64,000 nt of DNA from Octopus bimaculoides (taxonomy: Eukaryota). The stretch lies in the NCBI RefSeq assembly GCF_001194135.2, contig NC_069004.1, positions 28,227,069 to 28,291,068 on the forward strand, given 5' to 3'. The number at the start of each line of letters is the position of its first letter. Position 1 is the stretch's first letter. Position numbers and translations under genes: made by a program. Positions 62,086 to 64,000 of this stretch are shown piece by piece. The notes below the pieces were generated by a model that saw only the letters and a list, made by a program, of their open reading frames with translations, was not told where the DNA came from and made no database searches.

Positions 62086-62904
62086 CTTACAGAATAATGT
62101 AGACTAACCATCAGTGTTGTTGAGGACTTCATTTTGTGACTACGTGAATGTAGGTTCAATTCCACAACACAGCACCTTGGGCAAGTTATTTCTGTTGTAG
62201 CTTTTGGTAAACTTTATAATCATCATCATCATATGTTTGTTTTCCATGCTAGCATAGATTACATGATTTGGCAGGGCCCAGCAAGCCCTAGGACTATGCC
62301 AAGCTCCAATGTCAGTTTTGGCATGGTTTCCTCATTTGGACACCCTTCCTAATATCAACCACTTTATAGTGTGTTCTGTATGATTTTTTTTTTCAAACCA
62401 CTAGTACAAGTGAGGTAGTGATGCCATTAAGTAACTTAGAAGACAAGAAAAGAAAAGGAAAATGAAACCCCAACTCAATGGAGGGGTAAGTGTTGCAGAG
62501 GAGATGGGCTTTGGTCATGAGTGCTTTGTGGAAAGAATCACTAACTTTATACCTGCAGACAGTCCTTTTTTCATGTAAGCTAGTGGTATTTTATTTGAGA
62601 TAGATTTGGCTACTATTTCTAGCATGTTTTGTTGAGACTTTCCTGTTAGCTTGTAGTGACATGCAGTCATGTTTGCAGAAGAAGCAGAACCCATTTTAGT
62701 TAATGAACCAAAACTGAATGGGGCAAGTTTTATAATTCAGACAGGGTACATTGTAATATCTTTCGAATTTTTTTTGTTTTCTTGACCCCTAGGACTCATA
62801 AGGATGAATACCCAGTTTTCATGGTGTCTATATGAATGAGTTTTCAACATTACCCCTGAATGGAATACCAATTCTTTGTTGGTTCCAAAATCAACAATTT
62901 TTTA

Positions 62905-63080
62905 GAGTAGGGGAACAAGTTGATCGACCTCAGTATTTGACTTGTACTTTATTTTATTGACCTTGGAAGGATGAAAGGAAAAGTTGACCTCAGCGGGATT
63001 TGAACTCAAAACATTAAGAGCCAGAAGGTGTTACGCATTTTATCTGATGTTCTAACGATTCTGCTAAGTTCACTGCCTTT
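62905..63080 (-). mobile_element. SINE family B, degenerate
   Basis: ggatgaaaggaaaagttgacctcagcgggatttgaactc. Confidence 0.75.
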
Positions 63081-63289
63081 CATTGTAACATATTGACTGG
63101 AAAAGAATATAAAACTAAATTCAAAAGAAATTAATGACTGTCTGTATTGACAGAAAGCAGTTAATTACGTTTGTAAATGTAGAGTGCAAAGATATTTAGC
63201 AAGGGTCGGAAAATAGATAATAAAATTTATTGAGACTAGTGTCTGAGTAGATGGGCTGGGATTGTCTGGAAACAGTTAAAGAGATTTGT

Positions 63290-63500
63290 AAAGCAAGAAA
63301 AATCTATTTTCTGTGATTAATGGACAAGGTCTCTCTTCAAAGAAATAAGGAAGAGTATGTTGGAACAGGGTCCACTTTTTGGAGTGAGAAAAACTTATTT
63401 CCTGTGATTAATGGACAAGGTCTGTCTTCAGAGACATAAACAAGAGTATGTTGGAATAGGGTCCTTCATTGGACAGGGTCCACTTTTTTGGACAGGGCTC
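63290..63500. repeat. About 90-bp tandem duplication (ctgtgattaatggacaaggtct...gagtatgttggaa.agggtcc)
   Basis: Two copies directly visible. Confidence 0.8.
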
Positions 63501-63598
63501 TTCTTTAGGCAGATCCCTTCTTCAAATAAATGTGCAAGAGTGTGCATAAAGGCAACAATAAGGTTTGTAATCCAACAACTTAATCTTAGAGCCATTCT

Positions 63599-63826
63599 TA
63601 TTTCTTTATTGCCCACAAGGGGCTAAACATAGAGGGGACAAACAAGGACAGACAAACGGATTAAGTCGATTACATCAACCTCAGTGCATAACTGGTACTT
63701 AATTTATCGACCCCGAAAGAATGAAAGGTAAAGTCGACCTTGGCGGAATTTGAACTCAGAACGTAGCGGCAGACAAAATACCGCTAAGCATTTCGCCCGA
63801 TGTGCTAACGATTCTGCCAGCTCGCC
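63599..63826 (-). mobile_element. SINE family B, young, with an 8-bp TSD
   Basis: GCCATTCT at 63591-63598 and 63824-63831. Confidence 0.9.
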
Positions 63827-63879
63827 ATTCTACCTTGGTCTCCCACCCTACCCCATTGGTTTTAATTTGAAGGTATGTA

Positions 63880-64000
63880 TACATAGGTGCAAACATGGCT
63901 TTGTGGTTAAGAAGCTTGCTTTGCAGTGACATGATTTCTAGTTCAGTTCTACTGCATGGTACCTTGGGCAAGTGTCTTCTACTATAGCTCACAGTTGACC
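63880..64000 (+). mobile_element. SINE family A head (truncated by the window end)
   Basis: aggtgcaaacatggctttgtggttaagaagcttgc...ccttgggcaagtgtcttctactatagc. Confidence 0.8.

Noticed and set aside
495-63992. Most ORFs of the supplied six-frame track (poly-X, poly-IY/HT/CV, poly-His/Ile/Ser, SINE-derived frames)
   Set aside because: They derive from N-gaps, microsatellites or SINE/LINE UTRs. Only the 5652, 34036, 42886 and 48120 frames carry real (transposon) protein signal.

Overview
Eukaryotic, AT-rich, repeat-dense draft-assembly sequence with about 18 N-gaps. The repeat families look like those of a coleoid cephalopod, probably Octopus; this is recognition from memory, not a database result. 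Almost all ORFs in the supplied track are microsatellite, N-gap or SINE artefacts. The real coding content is two + strand exons that the track missed, 27850-27962 and 55822-56002. Both have strong splice signals, join in frame across a 27.9-kb intron, and encode the luminal stem/coiled-coil of an alpha-1,6-fucosyltransferase (FUT8-like). The N-terminal TM exon and the catalytic exons were not identified in the window. The rest is intronic or flanking DNA filled with several tRNA-headed SINE families, 3' ends of an RTE LINE, a Penelope-like RT relic, and mariner, maT-like, pogo, hAT and piggyBac-like elements and MITEs, many of them nested with readable TSDs. The most interesting observation is a small non-autonomous element present in two copies (29431-29761 and 54607-54985). 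It combines a tRNA-like Pol III head, a minimal type-I hammerhead ribozyme core and inverted terminal duplications. Further hammerhead-core relics occur at 35725, 50435 and possibly 40751. Other leads are a 55-bp-arm hairpin, inverted SINE pairs around both FUT8 exons, candidate microexons, a candidate antisense spliced micro-ORF, and a recurrent SINE-into-SINE insertion site.
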